Below are positions 48,814 through 59,148 of a stretch of 64,000 nt of DNA, one piece after another (the stretch's first letter is position 1; every line of letters starts with the position of its first letter). The DNA lies in assembly GCA_965116885.1 (NCBI GenBank), contig OZ220741.1, forward strand, positions 896,001 through 960,000. Direction: 5' to 3'. This stretch comes from Candidatus Latescibacterota bacterium (lineage in GTDB: Bacteria > Latescibacterota > UBA2968). A program made the translations under genes and the position numbers. The notes beneath the pieces are model-generated. The model worked only from the letters and a program-made list of their open reading frames with translations, did not search any database and was not told the DNA's origin.

Positions 48814-50097
48814 ATGGCAATTACCGAAGAAAAATTGAACATGTTTGAGTTGCAGGAATGCAGCATACCCGAACTCAACAAACACGCGCAGGCTCTCAAT
48901 ATTCAAGGCTACAGCAGCCTGCGAAGACAAGAACTTATCTTTGCTATTCTCCAGAGCCAAACCGCCAAAAGTGGACGTATCTTCGCCCAGGGTGTTCTCG
49001 ACATCCTCGAAGACGGATTTGGCTTCCTCAGATCGCCAAAGTACAATTATTTGCCCGGTCCCGATGACATTTATGTGGGACACTCGCAAATCAAACGCTT
49101 CAACCTGCGAACTGGAGACACCATATCGGGACATATTCGTCCACCGAGAGGTGACGAAAAATACTTTGCACTCATTCGCGTTGAGGCCGTCAATTTTGAA
49201 GATCCGGAAGTCGCGAAACAAAAAATTCTATTTGACAATCTCACGCCACTGCACCCGGACGAACGCATTGACCTCGAGTACGACCCGCAGGACCTTTCCA
49301 CTCGGATCATGAATCTCCTCACGCCAATTGGCAAAGGACAACGCGGCATGATTGTCGCCCCCCCGTTTACGGGCAAAACCATGCTCCTGCAAAAAATTGC
49401 CAACGCCATTACCAAAAACCATCCCGAAATCACGCTTATTGTCCTCCTCATTGACGAGCGCCCCGAAGAAGTCACAGACATGATCCGTTCGGTCGAAGGC
49501 GAAGTCGTCAGTTCGACTTTTGACGAACCCCCGACCCGACATGTACAGGTCGCCGACATGGTCATAGAAAAAGCCAAGCGATTGGTCGAACACCAGCAGG
49601 ACGTCGTCATCTTACTCGACAGCATTACCCGCTTAGCCCGGGCCTATAACACCGTCGCCCCACACAGTGGGCGCATTCTCTCCGGCGGTCTCGACTCCAC
49701 CGCCATGCAGTGGCCCAAGCGATTTTTTGGCGCAGCGCGCAACATCGAAGAAGGCGGCAGCCTGACCATTCTGGCAACTGCTCTTGTCGAAACCGGAAGC
49801 CGTATGGACGAAGTCATCTTCGAAGAATTCAAAGGCACGGGCAACATGGAACTCAAGCTGGACCGTCGGCTCTCCAATCGCCGCGTCTTTCCCGCCATTG
49901 ACGTATCCATGTCCAGCACGCGCAAAGAAGAACTCCTGCTAAAAGAAAAAGAACTCAACCGCGTTTGGATCTTGAGAAAACTACTCAATCAAATGCAACC
50001 TCTGGAAGCGATGGAATTTTTCACAGAACGCACAAAAGAAAACAAAACCAACGAAGACTTTCTCAATGCCATGAGCGAACCGATTCACGCCTTCTAA
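48814..50097 (+). CDS. rho: Transcription termination factor Rho
   Basis: [37 protein letters not shown]. Confidence 0.98.
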   Translation: MAITEEKLNMFELQECSIPELNKHAQALNIQGYSSLRRQELIFAILQSQTAKSGRIFAQGVLDILEDGFGFLRSPKYNYLPGPDDIYVGHSQIKRFNLRTGDTISGHIRPPRGDEKYFALIRVEAVNFEDPEVAKQKILFDNLTPLHPDERIDLEYDPQDLSTRIMNLLTPIGKGQRGMIVAPPFTGKTMLLQKIANAITKNHPEITLIVLLIDERPEEVTDMIRSVEGEVVSSTFDEPPTRHVQVADMVIEKAKRLVEHQQDVVILLDSITRLARAYNTVAPHSGRILSGGLDSTAMQWPKRFFGAARNIEEGGSLTILATALVETGSRMDEVIFEEFKGTGNMELKLDRRLSNRRVFPAIDVSMSSTRKEELLLKEKELNRVWILRKLLNQMQPLEAMEFFTERTKENKTNEDFLNAMSEPIHAF

Positions 50098-50199
50098 GAC
50101 ATCTTCTAAAACCCGCGACTTGATTATTTTTTCGCATTTTGGTATATTCTTCAGCCTGTCTTTCTTTGAACAACATTCGAACAACTTGAGGACAATCGC

Positions 50200-50490
50200 A
50201 TGAAACCCAATATCCATCCAGAATACCGCGACGTGATCTTTGAAGACGTCAGTGCCAACCCACCATTTCGGGTCAAAACGCGATCGACGCGCACCTCTGA
50301 AGAAACCATCGAATGGGAAGACGGCAACACCTATCCACTGATCAAAGTTGAAATCAGTTCCGCTACCCATCCGTTCTTCACGGGCAAGATGATGCTCGTT
50401 GACACCGCCGGTATGGTCGAACGCTATCGCCGCCGGTATGGTATTGAAGGCACTGAAGAAGAAAAGGAAGAAGAAAAAACGGACAGTTAG
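50200..50490 (+). CDS. rpmE2: 50S ribosomal protein L31 type B
   Basis: [27 protein letters not shown]; no Cys. Confidence 0.93.
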   Translation: MKPNIHPEYRDVIFEDVSANPPFRVKTRSTRTSEETIEWEDGNTYPLIKVEISSATHPFFTGKMMLVDTAGMVERYRRRYGIEGTEEEKEEEKTDS

Positions 50491-50506
50491 CAACGCGATC
50501 CACATG

Positions 50507-50551
50507 AAAAAGGGTGAAACGGCCGCATGCCGCGACTGTTTCGCCCTTTTT
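50507..50551 (+). terminator. Intrinsic terminator
   Basis: AAAAAGGGTGAAACGG...CTGTTTCGCCCTTTTT. Confidence 0.75.
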
Positions 50552-50557
50552 GTATTA

Positions 50558-50636
50558 CGGGCGGGCACAGGGGCACCGCCCCTACGATGATATTATTATT
50601 CGATTTGTGTAGAAGGACAACCCCCTGTGGTTGTCC
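50558..50636. repeat. GTAG-type REP doublet
   Basis: ...GCCCCTAC, AT-rich spacer, GTAGAAGGACAACCCCCTGTGGTTGTCC. Confidence 0.85.
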
Positions 50637-50656
50637 GCTCATCTGAAAGAACCACC

Positions 50657-51733
50657 ATGTTTGAACAACTCAAAACCATTGAAACCCGCTATTTCAAACT
50701 CGGCGAAGAAATGGCCAGACCCGAAGTTGCCGCAGACCCCAATCGCATTCGCAAACTCGGCAAAGAATATCGCGACCTCGAAGAAATCGTCACAACGTAT
50801 CGCGACTACAACAAAGTGAGCGAAGACCTCGCCGAAGTAAATGACATCATCAGCACATCAGATGACGCCGAACTCGTCGATATGGCCCAAATGGAAAAAG
50901 AAGACCTCGCCCTGCGCGAATCAGACCTGTCCAACAAGCTCAAAATGCTCTTAATTCCCAAAGACCCCAACGACAGCAAAGACACCGTCGTCGAAATACG
51001 CGCAGGTGCGGGCGGAGACGAAGCCGCCCTCTTTGCCGCCGACCTCCACCGCATGTACTCGCGCTATGCGGAAAACACGGGGGGCCGCTGTGAAATCCTC
51101 AGCTCAAATCCCACGGGAATTGGTGGATACAAAGAGATCATCTTCTTAGTCGTTGGCAACGGTATCTACGGCAGGCTAAAATACGAAAGCGGGGTACACC
51201 GGGTCCAGCGCATTCCCGAAACCGAATCCAGCGGCCGCATCCACACCTCGACAGCCACGGTAGCCGTTCTTCCCGACGCAGAAGACGTCGATATAGACAT
51301 CGATCTCAACGACCTCAAAATAGATGTCTTTCGCTCTTCGGGACCCGGCGGTCAAAGCGTCAACACCACCGACTCGGCAGTGCGCATCACCCACATGCCA
51401 TCGGGTCTTGTGGTTACGTGTCAGGACGAAAAATCCCAGCACAAAAACAGAGCCAAAGCACTCAAAGTCTTGCGCTCGCGCCTGCTCGATCAGGCCATCC
51501 GCGAACAACAGGCAAAAACCGCCGCCGACCGCCGCTCTCAAATTGGCAGCGGCGACCGAAGCGCGAAAATTCGCACCTACAATTTCCCACAGGGACGCGT
51601 AACCGACCACCGCATCAAACTCACCCTGCACAGACTTGAAAACATTCTGGACGGCAACATCGCAGAACTCATCGAAGCCCTTCGCCTCTCTGACCAAACG
51701 GAAAAACTCAAACAACAGGAACAAATCTTCTAA
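50657..51733 (+). CDS. prfA: Peptide chain release factor 1
   Basis: [33 protein letters not shown]. Confidence 0.98.
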   Translation: MFEQLKTIETRYFKLGEEMARPEVAADPNRIRKLGKEYRDLEEIVTTYRDYNKVSEDLAEVNDIISTSDDAELVDMAQMEKEDLALRESDLSNKLKMLLIPKDPNDSKDTVVEIRAGAGGDEAALFAADLHRMYSRYAENTGGRCEILSSNPTGIGGYKEIIFLVVGNGIYGRLKYESGVHRVQRIPETESSGRIHTSTATVAVLPDAEDVDIDIDLNDLKIDVFRSSGPGGQSVNTTDSAVRITHMPSGLVVTCQDEKSQHKNRAKALKVLRSRLLDQAIREQQAKTAADRRSQIGSGDRSAKIRTYNFPQGRVTDHRIKLTLHRLENILDGNIAELIEALRLSDQTEKLKQQEQIF

Positions 51734-51738
51734 CCCCC

Positions 51739-52596
51739 ATGTCCTCCTCCATTCACCATCTCCTCATCTGGGCCAGAGACATCCTCATCAAAGCGGGTGT
51801 ACCCAGCCCACAGGCAGATGCCGAATGGACGCTCGCCCATGTGCTCGAATGTCAGCGTTCAGAACTGCTTATGCGGGCGCGCCAGCCGCTCACACCTGAA
51901 CAAAACGCGACCTATCGCAACTTGATACACCGCCGTGCCGATCGCATACCCCTGCAACACCTTTTGGGCAACACCGAATTTTACGGCCTCCCATTTCACA
52001 CCTCGCCCGATGCCCTGATTCCCCGACCAGAAACAGAGACCCTCGTCGAAATTGTCCTCGACCAATTAAAAAACATCACAAAACTCCGTATCCTCGACAT
52101 TGGCACCGGATCGGGAATCATCGCCATTACCCTGAGCAAAGCACTCACAGAATCGCATGTAATCGCCACAGACATATCGCGTAAAGCACTTTACCTCGCC
52201 AGCCAAAACGCCTGCCTCAACGGCGTTTCCGACCGCATTTCCTTTTTGCAAGCCGACCTCCTCACACCCTTTGCACCGCCAGAGGGGTTCAATGCCATCC
52301 TCTCCAACCCCCCCTATATTCCCAGCCGTACAATCGACGCGCTACAACCCGAAGTCCGCGCCTGTGATCCTCACCTCGCCTTAGACGGAGGCAGTGACGG
52401 CCTCGACTTCTATCGCAAAATTATTCCCACCAGTGTCCCTTTGCTCGCACCGGACGGATTATTGGGTTTGGAAATCGGCCACGACCAGGCCGATACCGTC
52501 ACGCAACTCCTCGCGCGACAAAGTGGCCTCACCCACATCTCTACCCACACCGACCTGAGTGGATATCCCCGCGCGGTACTGGCGCAAAGGCGATGA
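51739..52596 (+). CDS. prmC: Release factor glutamine methyltransferase
   Basis: LIPRPETE, DIGTGSG, SNPPY. Confidence 0.96.
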   Translation: MSSSIHHLLIWARDILIKAGVPSPQADAEWTLAHVLECQRSELLMRARQPLTPEQNATYRNLIHRRADRIPLQHLLGNTEFYGLPFHTSPDALIPRPETETLVEIVLDQLKNITKLRILDIGTGSGIIAITLSKALTESHVIATDISRKALYLASQNACLNGVSDRISFLQADLLTPFAPPEGFNAILSNPPYIPSRTIDALQPEVRACDPHLALDGGSDGLDFYRKIIPTSVPLLAPDGLLGLEIGHDQADTVTQLLARQSGLTHISTHTDLSGYPRAVLAQRR

Positions 52597-52597
52597 T

Positions 52598-52667
52598 GGG
52601 ACGGCACGGGGGCCGTCCCCTACGATAATATTGTTAATCCTGTAGGGGCGACCCCCTGTGGTCGCCC
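52598..52667. repeat. GTAG-type REP doublet
   Basis: GGGACGGCACGGGGGCCGTCCCCTAC, spacer, GTAGGGGCGACCCCCTGTGGTCGCCC. Confidence 0.85.
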
Positions 52668-52763
52668 GCTAACCGCCAATTGCTAATCATTGACTTTTAC
52701 GACCTTTTTTGTTAATTTCTCACGCCTCAATATTCGTTTGTCTCACCCCTTTATAAACGCGCC

Positions 52764-53732
52764 ATGTTAGACCAAATTTTCGCGCCCATCCAATATCAGA
52801 TCGCACGCTTTGAAACCCGTCTCGAAGAAATCATGACGGCCTCTGATGTCGGGGGAATACAAAAAATGGCCTATCACGTTGTTAAAAACAGGGGCAGGCG
52901 TTTTCGACCTGCTCTTGCATTCTTAACAGCGCAGGCCGTAGGCGAGTGTTCAGACGCGGTGATCGATGCTGCTGTAGGCGTTGAAATTATACAAACGGCA
53001 TCGCTCATTCACGATGACGTAATCGACAACGCGGAAACGCGCCGGGGTGCCGACGTCTTACACTTCCAATGGGGCAACCGCGCAGCCATTTTGATGGGCG
53101 ATTTTCTTTTTGCCAAATCAATGCAAGTGCTCGTTGGACTCAACTCCCTACCGGTCATGGACGCCACGACCCACGCGATACAGCGCGTCGTCGAAGGAGA
53201 AATTCTCGAGGGCGAAATATCTTCTTCGGGTGAAGCATCGCTCTATTTTCGCATGATTAATCAAAAAACGGCATCACTGCTCGCGCTGGCTTGCGAATTG
53301 GGTGCTATTTTGGGCAATGGATCGCCCAATCAGATCGCTCGCATGGCGTCTTTCGGCAGTGAAATCGGCGTCGCCTTCCAGATTACCGACGACGTCCTCG
53401 ACCTGATGGGCAGTGCAAATAACATGGGCAAACCCACGGGAAACGATCTTCGAGAAAAAAAATTGACCTTACCCTTAATTCGGGCACTGGCAAACTGCAA
53501 AAATGGCGAAGCTGCCCATATTCGCAGCAAAGTACTCAATGGCGTAGAAACCGACAGCGACTGGCGAGAAATCATGCGCTTTGTCCAGCGCTATCGGGGC
53601 GTAGAAGCCGCGCGAGAAGAAGCGCGTTCTTATGCACAATCCGCTCTCAAAAATCTGAATGTTCTACACACCTCCAGCGCGCGCGACGCGCTTGCACTGG
53701 CGGTTCAACACGTAGTTGAACGAAACCAGTGA
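52764..53732 (+). CDS. Polyprenyl diphosphate synthase (IspB/HepT-like)
   Basis: IHDDVID..RRG, KTA, FQITDDVLD. Confidence 0.93.
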   Translation: MLDQIFAPIQYQIARFETRLEEIMTASDVGGIQKMAYHVVKNRGRRFRPALAFLTAQAVGECSDAVIDAAVGVEIIQTASLIHDDVIDNAETRRGADVLHFQWGNRAAILMGDFLFAKSMQVLVGLNSLPVMDATTHAIQRVVEGEILEGEISSSGEASLYFRMINQKTASLLALACELGAILGNGSPNQIARMASFGSEIGVAFQITDDVLDLMGSANNMGKPTGNDLREKKLTLPLIRALANCKNGEAAHIRSKVLNGVETDSDWREIMRFVQRYRGVEAAREEARSYAQSALKNLNVLHTSSARDALALAVQHVVERNQ

Positions 53733-53761
53733 ATCACACCTAAACGGAGTAACTTTCTGCG

Positions 53762-56290
53762 ATGACCCGAGAATACTGGCGTTTGTTAATCATCTGTGCG
53801 ACCATAGTGCTCGCACTTTTTTATCTCTATCCCACCTACCAATTTTACTACGCACCTCCGGAAAATTTAGACCAGCGAGAGCGCGTAAAACAGCAAGCCA
53901 TCAACCTCGGATTAGACTTGCAAGGGGGTATCCACCTCGTTCTCGAAGTGGATCAAACCAATCTCTCAGAAGATGAAAAAACAGACGTGGTTGCGCGCGC
54001 CCTCGAAATTATCCGCAATCGCATCGATCAATTTGGCGTCTCTGAACCCATCATTCACCGCGAAGGCGACTGGCGTATCGTAGTCGAATTGCCGGGTGTG
54101 CAAGACATCGAACGCGCCAAGGGCCTGATCGGCAAAACCGCGCGTCTCGAATTCAAAATCCTCAAATCCGACGCCGACCGCGCTAGCATAATCGAAAAAA
54201 TTGACCGACACCTTGCCGCGCAGGCACCTGTTGACAGCGCGAAAGCCGAAGACCCGCTCCTCGGGCAAATAGCCGAAGACACCCCATCTCTCTCTCGCTA
54301 TATGCTATCTTCTCGGGGAGACTTCGTAGTAACAGAAGACAATATACTGACCGTGCGAGAACTTCTGAATCGTCCAGACGTACAAAAACTCCTGCCACCC
54401 GACGCGCAATTCCTGTGGAATTCCAAAGACGAAGAAATGGGCGACGGACAACGCTATCGCGCACTCTACTATCTCAAAAGACGCGTAGAAATGACAGGCG
54501 AAATCCTCTCCGATGCCTCTGTTACAACCGGACAATCCTTTGAAAACGCCGGTCAACCCATTGTCAACTTCACCACCACCAGCCAGGGCGTGCGCCTCTT
54601 TGGACGGGTCACGGGCGCCAACGTGGGCGAACGCATGGCCATCATTCTCGATGATCAGGTCTATTCCGCGCCCACAATCCGCTCCAAAATCAACCAGGGC
54701 TCGGGCATTATTGAAGGCACTGGCACCGTTGACGAAGCCAAAGACCTCGCCATTGTCTTGCGTGCAGGTGCGCTACCCGCCGACGTCAATATCGTCGAAG
54801 ACCGCACGGTCGGACCTTCACTTGGACGCGACTCCATAGAACAGGGCAGAAATGCAGCCCTCATCGGCCTCGTCATCGTCATCATTTTTATGGTCATCTA
54901 CTACGGCTTTTCGGGTCTCGTCGCCGATCTTGCGCTCGTGCTCAACCTCGTCTTTGTCATGGCCATCCTCGCGGCATTTCAAGGCACGCTCACCCTGCCC
55001 GGCATAGCGGGTATTATTCTAACCATTGGTATGGCAGTAGATGCCAACGTGCTGATTCTCGAACGCATCCGCGAGGAATTGCGCGCGGAAAAAACCCTGC
55101 GGGTAGCCATTGAAAATGGTTATGCGCGCGCCGTACAGACCATCGTCGATGCCAACGTAACCACCATCATCACCGCCATCGTGCTCTACCAATACGGCAC
55201 CGGTCCCATCAAGGGCTTTGCACTCACCCTGATGATCGGTATCATTTCCTCGATGTTCACCGCCATCTTTGTCACGCGCACCATTTACGACACCATTGTC
55301 TCGCGCCAGGTCAATCCCCGCCTCAGCATTGGCAGGCTGCGCGTATTTGGCGACACCAGCATCAACTTTCTCGGTGTTCGACGGGGTGCTTTCATCCTGT
55401 CCGCTGTTCTCATCCTGCTCGGCCTGGGATCCACCATCACCAAAGGCGGCTATAACCTGGGCATCGACTTTGCCGGCGGCACATTGCTCGAATTGCACTT
55501 TGATCCCCCAGCCTCCGTCGGCGACATCCGCCAGTCTCTGGGCGACGTCCGCGTTGAGGACCAGAGCATGGACTTGCGCAACAGCGAAATCAAAGAATTC
55601 GGCACGGTCAACGACATCCTCATTCGCGTTGAAGAAGAAGCCGAAGGCACAGCCATCGCAGACGCCATAAAAACCAGACTCAAATCCGATTTTGCCGGCA
55701 ATATTCAAGATGAGACCGAGTGGTTGCGACGGCAGGAAGCCGTCGGACCCAAAATTGGCGAAGAACTCAAGACCAATGCCGTATATGCCATCCTCGTCTC
55801 AATGATACTCATTATCATTTACGTGTGGTGGCGTTTCAGGCAGATCGAATTTGGGATTGCAGCCGTCATTGCCCTTTTCCACGACGTCATGATCACTCTC
55901 GGGATCTTTTCAGTTCTAAATTGGGAGATCTCCCTGGCCATTGTGGCGGCCTTGCTCACCATTGTGGGGTACTCCCTCAACGATACAATCGTGGTCTATG
56001 ACCGCATCCGCGAAGACATCAAATTGTATCGCCGCGACACCTTTAGCAGCGTAATCAACCGCGCCATCAACGAGTGTCTCAACCGCACAGTACTCACCTC
56101 GGGCACCACCATGCTGGTCGTCCTCTCCCTCATCCTCCTGGGCGGAGAAGTAATCCGCGACTTTGCATTCGCCCTGCTCATCGGCGTCATCGTGGGAACC
56201 TACTCCTCGGCATTTGTCGCATCGCCCATCGTGGTCGAATGGCACAACCGCCGGGAGGCAAAAGCGAGACAGGGACGGAGTGCGGCGTAG
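53762..56290 (+). CDS. secDF: Fused protein translocase subunit SecDF
   Basis: LGLDLQGG, TVGPSLG, MAVDANV, GIDFAGG, GYSLNDTIVVYDRIRE. Confidence 0.97.
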   Translation: MTREYWRLLIICATIVLALFYLYPTYQFYYAPPENLDQRERVKQQAINLGLDLQGGIHLVLEVDQTNLSEDEKTDVVARALEIIRNRIDQFGVSEPIIHREGDWRIVVELPGVQDIERAKGLIGKTARLEFKILKSDADRASIIEKIDRHLAAQAPVDSAKAEDPLLGQIAEDTPSLSRYMLSSRGDFVVTEDNILTVRELLNRPDVQKLLPPDAQFLWNSKDEEMGDGQRYRALYYLKRRVEMTGEILSDASVTTGQSFENAGQPIVNFTTTSQGVRLFGRVTGANVGERMAIILDDQVYSAPTIRSKINQGSGIIEGTGTVDEAKDLAIVLRAGALPADVNIVEDRTVGPSLGRDSIEQGRNAALIGLVIVIIFMVIYYGFSGLVADLALVLNLVFVMAILAAFQGTLTLPGIAGIILTIGMAVDANVLILERIREELRAEKTLRVAIENGYARAVQTIVDANVTTIITAIVLYQYGTGPIKGFALTLMIGIISSMFTAIFVTRTIYDTIVSRQVNPRLSIGRLRVFGDTSINFLGVRRGAFILSAVLILLGLGSTITKGGYNLGIDFAGGTLLELHFDPPASVGDIRQSLGDVRVEDQSMDLRNSEIKEFGTVNDILIRVEEEAEGTAIADAIKTRLKSDFAGNIQDETEWLRRQEAVGPKIGEELKTNAVYAILVSMILIIIYVWWRFRQIEFGIAAVIALFHDVMITLGIFSVLNWEISLAIVAALLTIVGYSLNDTIVVYDRIREDIKLYRRDTFSSVINRAINECLNRTVLTSGTTMLVVLSLILLGGEVIRDFAFALLIGVIVGTYSSAFVASPIVVEWHNRREAKARQGRSAA

Positions 56291-56303
56291 ATTGAGCTAT
56301 ATC

Positions 56304-56349
56304 AAAAAAAAAGCACCTGATCAATCTCATCAGATCAGGTGCTTTTTTT
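56304..56349 (+). terminator. Intrinsic terminator after secDF
   Basis: AAAAAAGCACCTGATC...GATCAGGTGCTTTTTT. Confidence 0.85.
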
Positions 56350-56368
56350 ATCAGATGGGAATAACACA

Positions 56369-58948
56369 ATGGCAGCAAAAACACATCACCGCACCCCGAG
56401 ATTTGCCTGCCTGAGCAGCATGCTCCTCCTGATACTCATCTCCAGCGGACACGCGCTTGCACAATTCACCTATACCTGGAAGACCGATCAAACCTACGAA
56501 GGGACAGAATCGACCACCCTCGTACAACCCGTGCAGGTCATGTTCTTAGATGAGCCGATACAGGTCGTGCCACACAGTTCATCATTGCGCCTCATGCAAA
56601 AATATTCGGTATTACTCGGAACAGAATGGAACGCAGAGCAGGCTTACCGCCTGCTCCAGACCTTTGAATCCGTCCCACAATTGAGTAACGACCCGTACAA
56701 AGAGACACTTGAAGTGCCATCTTCATTATGGCAATTGACAGACCAGCATATTCAAAATGACATAGAAATTCGCATCCAGGACGGACAGAAAATCGTCACC
56801 CTATCCCGGGAGGCTTTTACATACGCCGACCCATTGCTGGCTGAAATAGAGGGTGTGAGAGGCCGCTTCTTCTCCAAAAGACTCCATCAGGCCGTCGTTC
56901 GCTATGTAACCGACGATGGCAGAGACAGAGATGCCCTGAAGCAGATATTAGAGAACCGCTACGGCGTAAGTATAGATGTACCGGACTATACTGAACTGAC
57001 GCGAAGAACAACAAGGGAAGATGCAGGTCGGTTTGGAGAATTCAAAAACGAGGAATTGATGGCTCTTGTGAGTATGTTTGAAGAATTCCCACAAGGCATG
57101 CTCACGACGCCAGGGCTGCGATATCTGGTTCGGCGATTAGATGGAACACCCTCTCCAATTGTATCGGGTGCTGTTGCTTTAGCCTGGGTGACCGAAGGCT
57201 ATATCGAATTTATGGAAGGCGCTTTTAAGAGAATAAATCTCGGCTACATCCACCGCCTGATTCTCCATGAAAAAGCGCACTTCTTATGGGAACATCTCTT
57301 TGACGACCAGCTCAAACAGGACTGGATTGAACTCGGCGGCTGGTATGAAAACCCGGACGACAAAGATGGCTGGTCAACGACCAAACAGACCGAGTTCGTA
57401 TCTGCTTATGCACACGGTGTGAATCCGAATGAGGATATGGCAGAAACGATCAGCTATTACATCGTGAACCCCGACAAGTTGCGCTCGCGTTCCCCTGCCA
57501 AATACGAATTTGTTCGAGACCGGATCATGCACGGCACGCACTACATATCCCAGATACGCGAAGACCTGATGTTTCAGGTCTATAATCTATATCCCTATGT
57601 GGTATATCCCGGCCGGATCATACGGGTTGACATACGGGTTGAAGGCGAACCCGAAGAAGATAAGGATATAACAATAGAACTTGAGCTTCACCAGGAAAAT
57701 GACTTTGATAATGCGCAGGCATCACGCCTGAGCATTCACAGCCCAAAAGGCACCTTTTTTTCTATCTGGCTTTATCCCGTAAGCGCCGATGGCCAACGCA
57801 TCAATGCAAGTCACATTTTGAGAGGACAACGCACACTATCCAGGCACGCGGCGCATGGCTATTGGGGTCCAGATCGAATTACCCTGAGGGATGCCCAGGG
57901 CAATGAACGGCACGAATCTCAGATCGATTTCGGATGGAAGCTCTATGTCAACAATCCACTCGCAGATGATAAACCGCCGGAGTACATCAAAAATTCAATG
58001 CAACTCTCGTTGTCACAAAGGACAGCAGAAGGCAAGCCATATCAAATTCTCACCGCACGTTGGAAAATTTTTGAAGAAATCGGGATACCGGAACAGGGCG
58101 TCAAAGCTGAACTGAATGATATGAATGCCGAGACCTATTCCTTCTACACGAGGTGGGGTAATTATGACCCTCAGACCGGTGAAGCGCGTGTTCAACTTGC
58201 GATTCCGGATTACTTTCGGAGTGGCACATACACGCTTAATCATATCCTGATGTATGATATCGCGTTAAATCCACGGGGCGTGCACTTTACCGATCCAGGA
58301 AGAGGAATAAGAGACGAAGACATCATAATAGATGAGGCACCTGCCACCATTGATGTCCAAACGACAAATCCGGATGACACCCCACCCGTACTCGCTTTGA
58401 ATCAGATCACCATTCAGGCAGAACCGACCAATATAGAAGCACCAAACGGCGAAACGCGGGTCGATATTACTTTTAAAGTCAAGGACAACATCAGTGGATA
58501 TCTTGTGACAGACATGTATTTACGCGATCCCAACGGCGTGAGGCACCGCTTTAGACATTACGAACCGGATTATCGCAAAATCTATTTTACACGGGATCCC
58601 ACTGTCTATGAAACCTACCATAAAGCGATCACCTTGCCCGTTGGCAGTATTCCCGGAACGTGGGGACTTGCGGAAATAAAAATATGGGACAAAGCATATA
58701 ACCTCCTTCGGACAAACTTCACTGACATCATCCGCTTTGAGGTAGAAGAGACGCCCCTTGCCTCTGCCGACTTTGATGGCGATGGACAGGTCGATGTCGC
58801 AGACTTTCTGCTCTTTGTAGAAGTGTTTGGAACCCAGAGCGGACAGGAAAACTTCGATCCAAAATACGACCTCAACAGCGATGGAATCATTGGCATTCCC
58901 GACTTCCTCATCTTTGTGGATTCCTTTGGCAAAACGGTCATTGGATAA
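56369..58948 (+). CDS. Secreted HEXXH zinc metalloprotease with C-terminal dockerin/EF-hand pair (paralog A)
   Basis: Signal peptide (ALA); HEKAH plus NEDMAE; ADFDGDGQVD..DF and DLNSDG..DF. Confidence 0.8.
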   Translation: MAAKTHHRTPRFACLSSMLLLILISSGHALAQFTYTWKTDQTYEGTESTTLVQPVQVMFLDEPIQVVPHSSSLRLMQKYSVLLGTEWNAEQAYRLLQTFESVPQLSNDPYKETLEVPSSLWQLTDQHIQNDIEIRIQDGQKIVTLSREAFTYADPLLAEIEGVRGRFFSKRLHQAVVRYVTDDGRDRDALKQILENRYGVSIDVPDYTELTRRTTREDAGRFGEFKNEELMALVSMFEEFPQGMLTTPGLRYLVRRLDGTPSPIVSGAVALAWVTEGYIEFMEGAFKRINLGYIHRLILHEKAHFLWEHLFDDQLKQDWIELGGWYENPDDKDGWSTTKQTEFVSAYAHGVNPNEDMAETISYYIVNPDKLRSRSPAKYEFVRDRIMHGTHYISQIREDLMFQVYNLYPYVVYPGRIIRVDIRVEGEPEEDKDITIELELHQENDFDNAQASRLSIHSPKGTFFSIWLYPVSADGQRINASHILRGQRTLSRHAAHGYWGPDRITLRDAQGNERHESQIDFGWKLYVNNPLADDKPPEYIKNSMQLSLSQRTAEGKPYQILTARWKIFEEIGIPEQGVKAELNDMNAETYSFYTRWGNYDPQTGEARVQLAIPDYFRSGTYTLNHILMYDIALNPRGVHFTDPGRGIRDEDIIIDEAPATIDVQTTNPDDTPPVLALNQITIQAEPTNIEAPNGETRVDITFKVKDNISGYLVTDMYLRDPNGVRHRFRHYEPDYRKIYFTRDPTVYETYHKAITLPVGSIPGTWGLAEIKIWDKAYNLLRTNFTDIIRFEVEETPLASADFDGDGQVDVADFLLFVEVFGTQSGQENFDPKYDLNSDGIIGIPDFLIFVDSFGKTVIG

Positions 58949-58965
58949 GCACGCGGACACAGATA

Positions 58966-59008
58966 AAAAAGAAGCACCAGGTCAGATATGTGATCCGGTG
59001 CTTTTTTT
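58966..59008 (+). terminator. Intrinsic terminator
   Basis: AAGCACC...GGTGCTTTTTTT. Confidence 0.75.
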
Positions 59009-59068
59009 ATTCCGTCGATAAGGAAGCCAATTAACCATTGACTCGCAAACTATAATTTTTATATTAGC

Positions 59069-59107
59069 ACAAACGTTCACAACAAACGTTCACAACAAAC
59101 GTTCACA
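59069..59107 (+). repeat. 13-bp tandem repeat x3 (ACAAACGTTCACA) downstream of a putative promoter
   Basis: Directly visible; TTGACT-N16-TATATT at 59038-59065. Confidence 0.9.
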
Positions 59108-59148
59108 CAGAAATTAGGCACAGTTCAACACTTGAAAGGAGTAACACA

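Noticed and set aside
50200..50490. Cys-less L31 as a zinc-starvation paralog
   Set aside because: It lies in the core rho-L31-prfA-prmC locus and no Zur box was recognised; probably the sole L31
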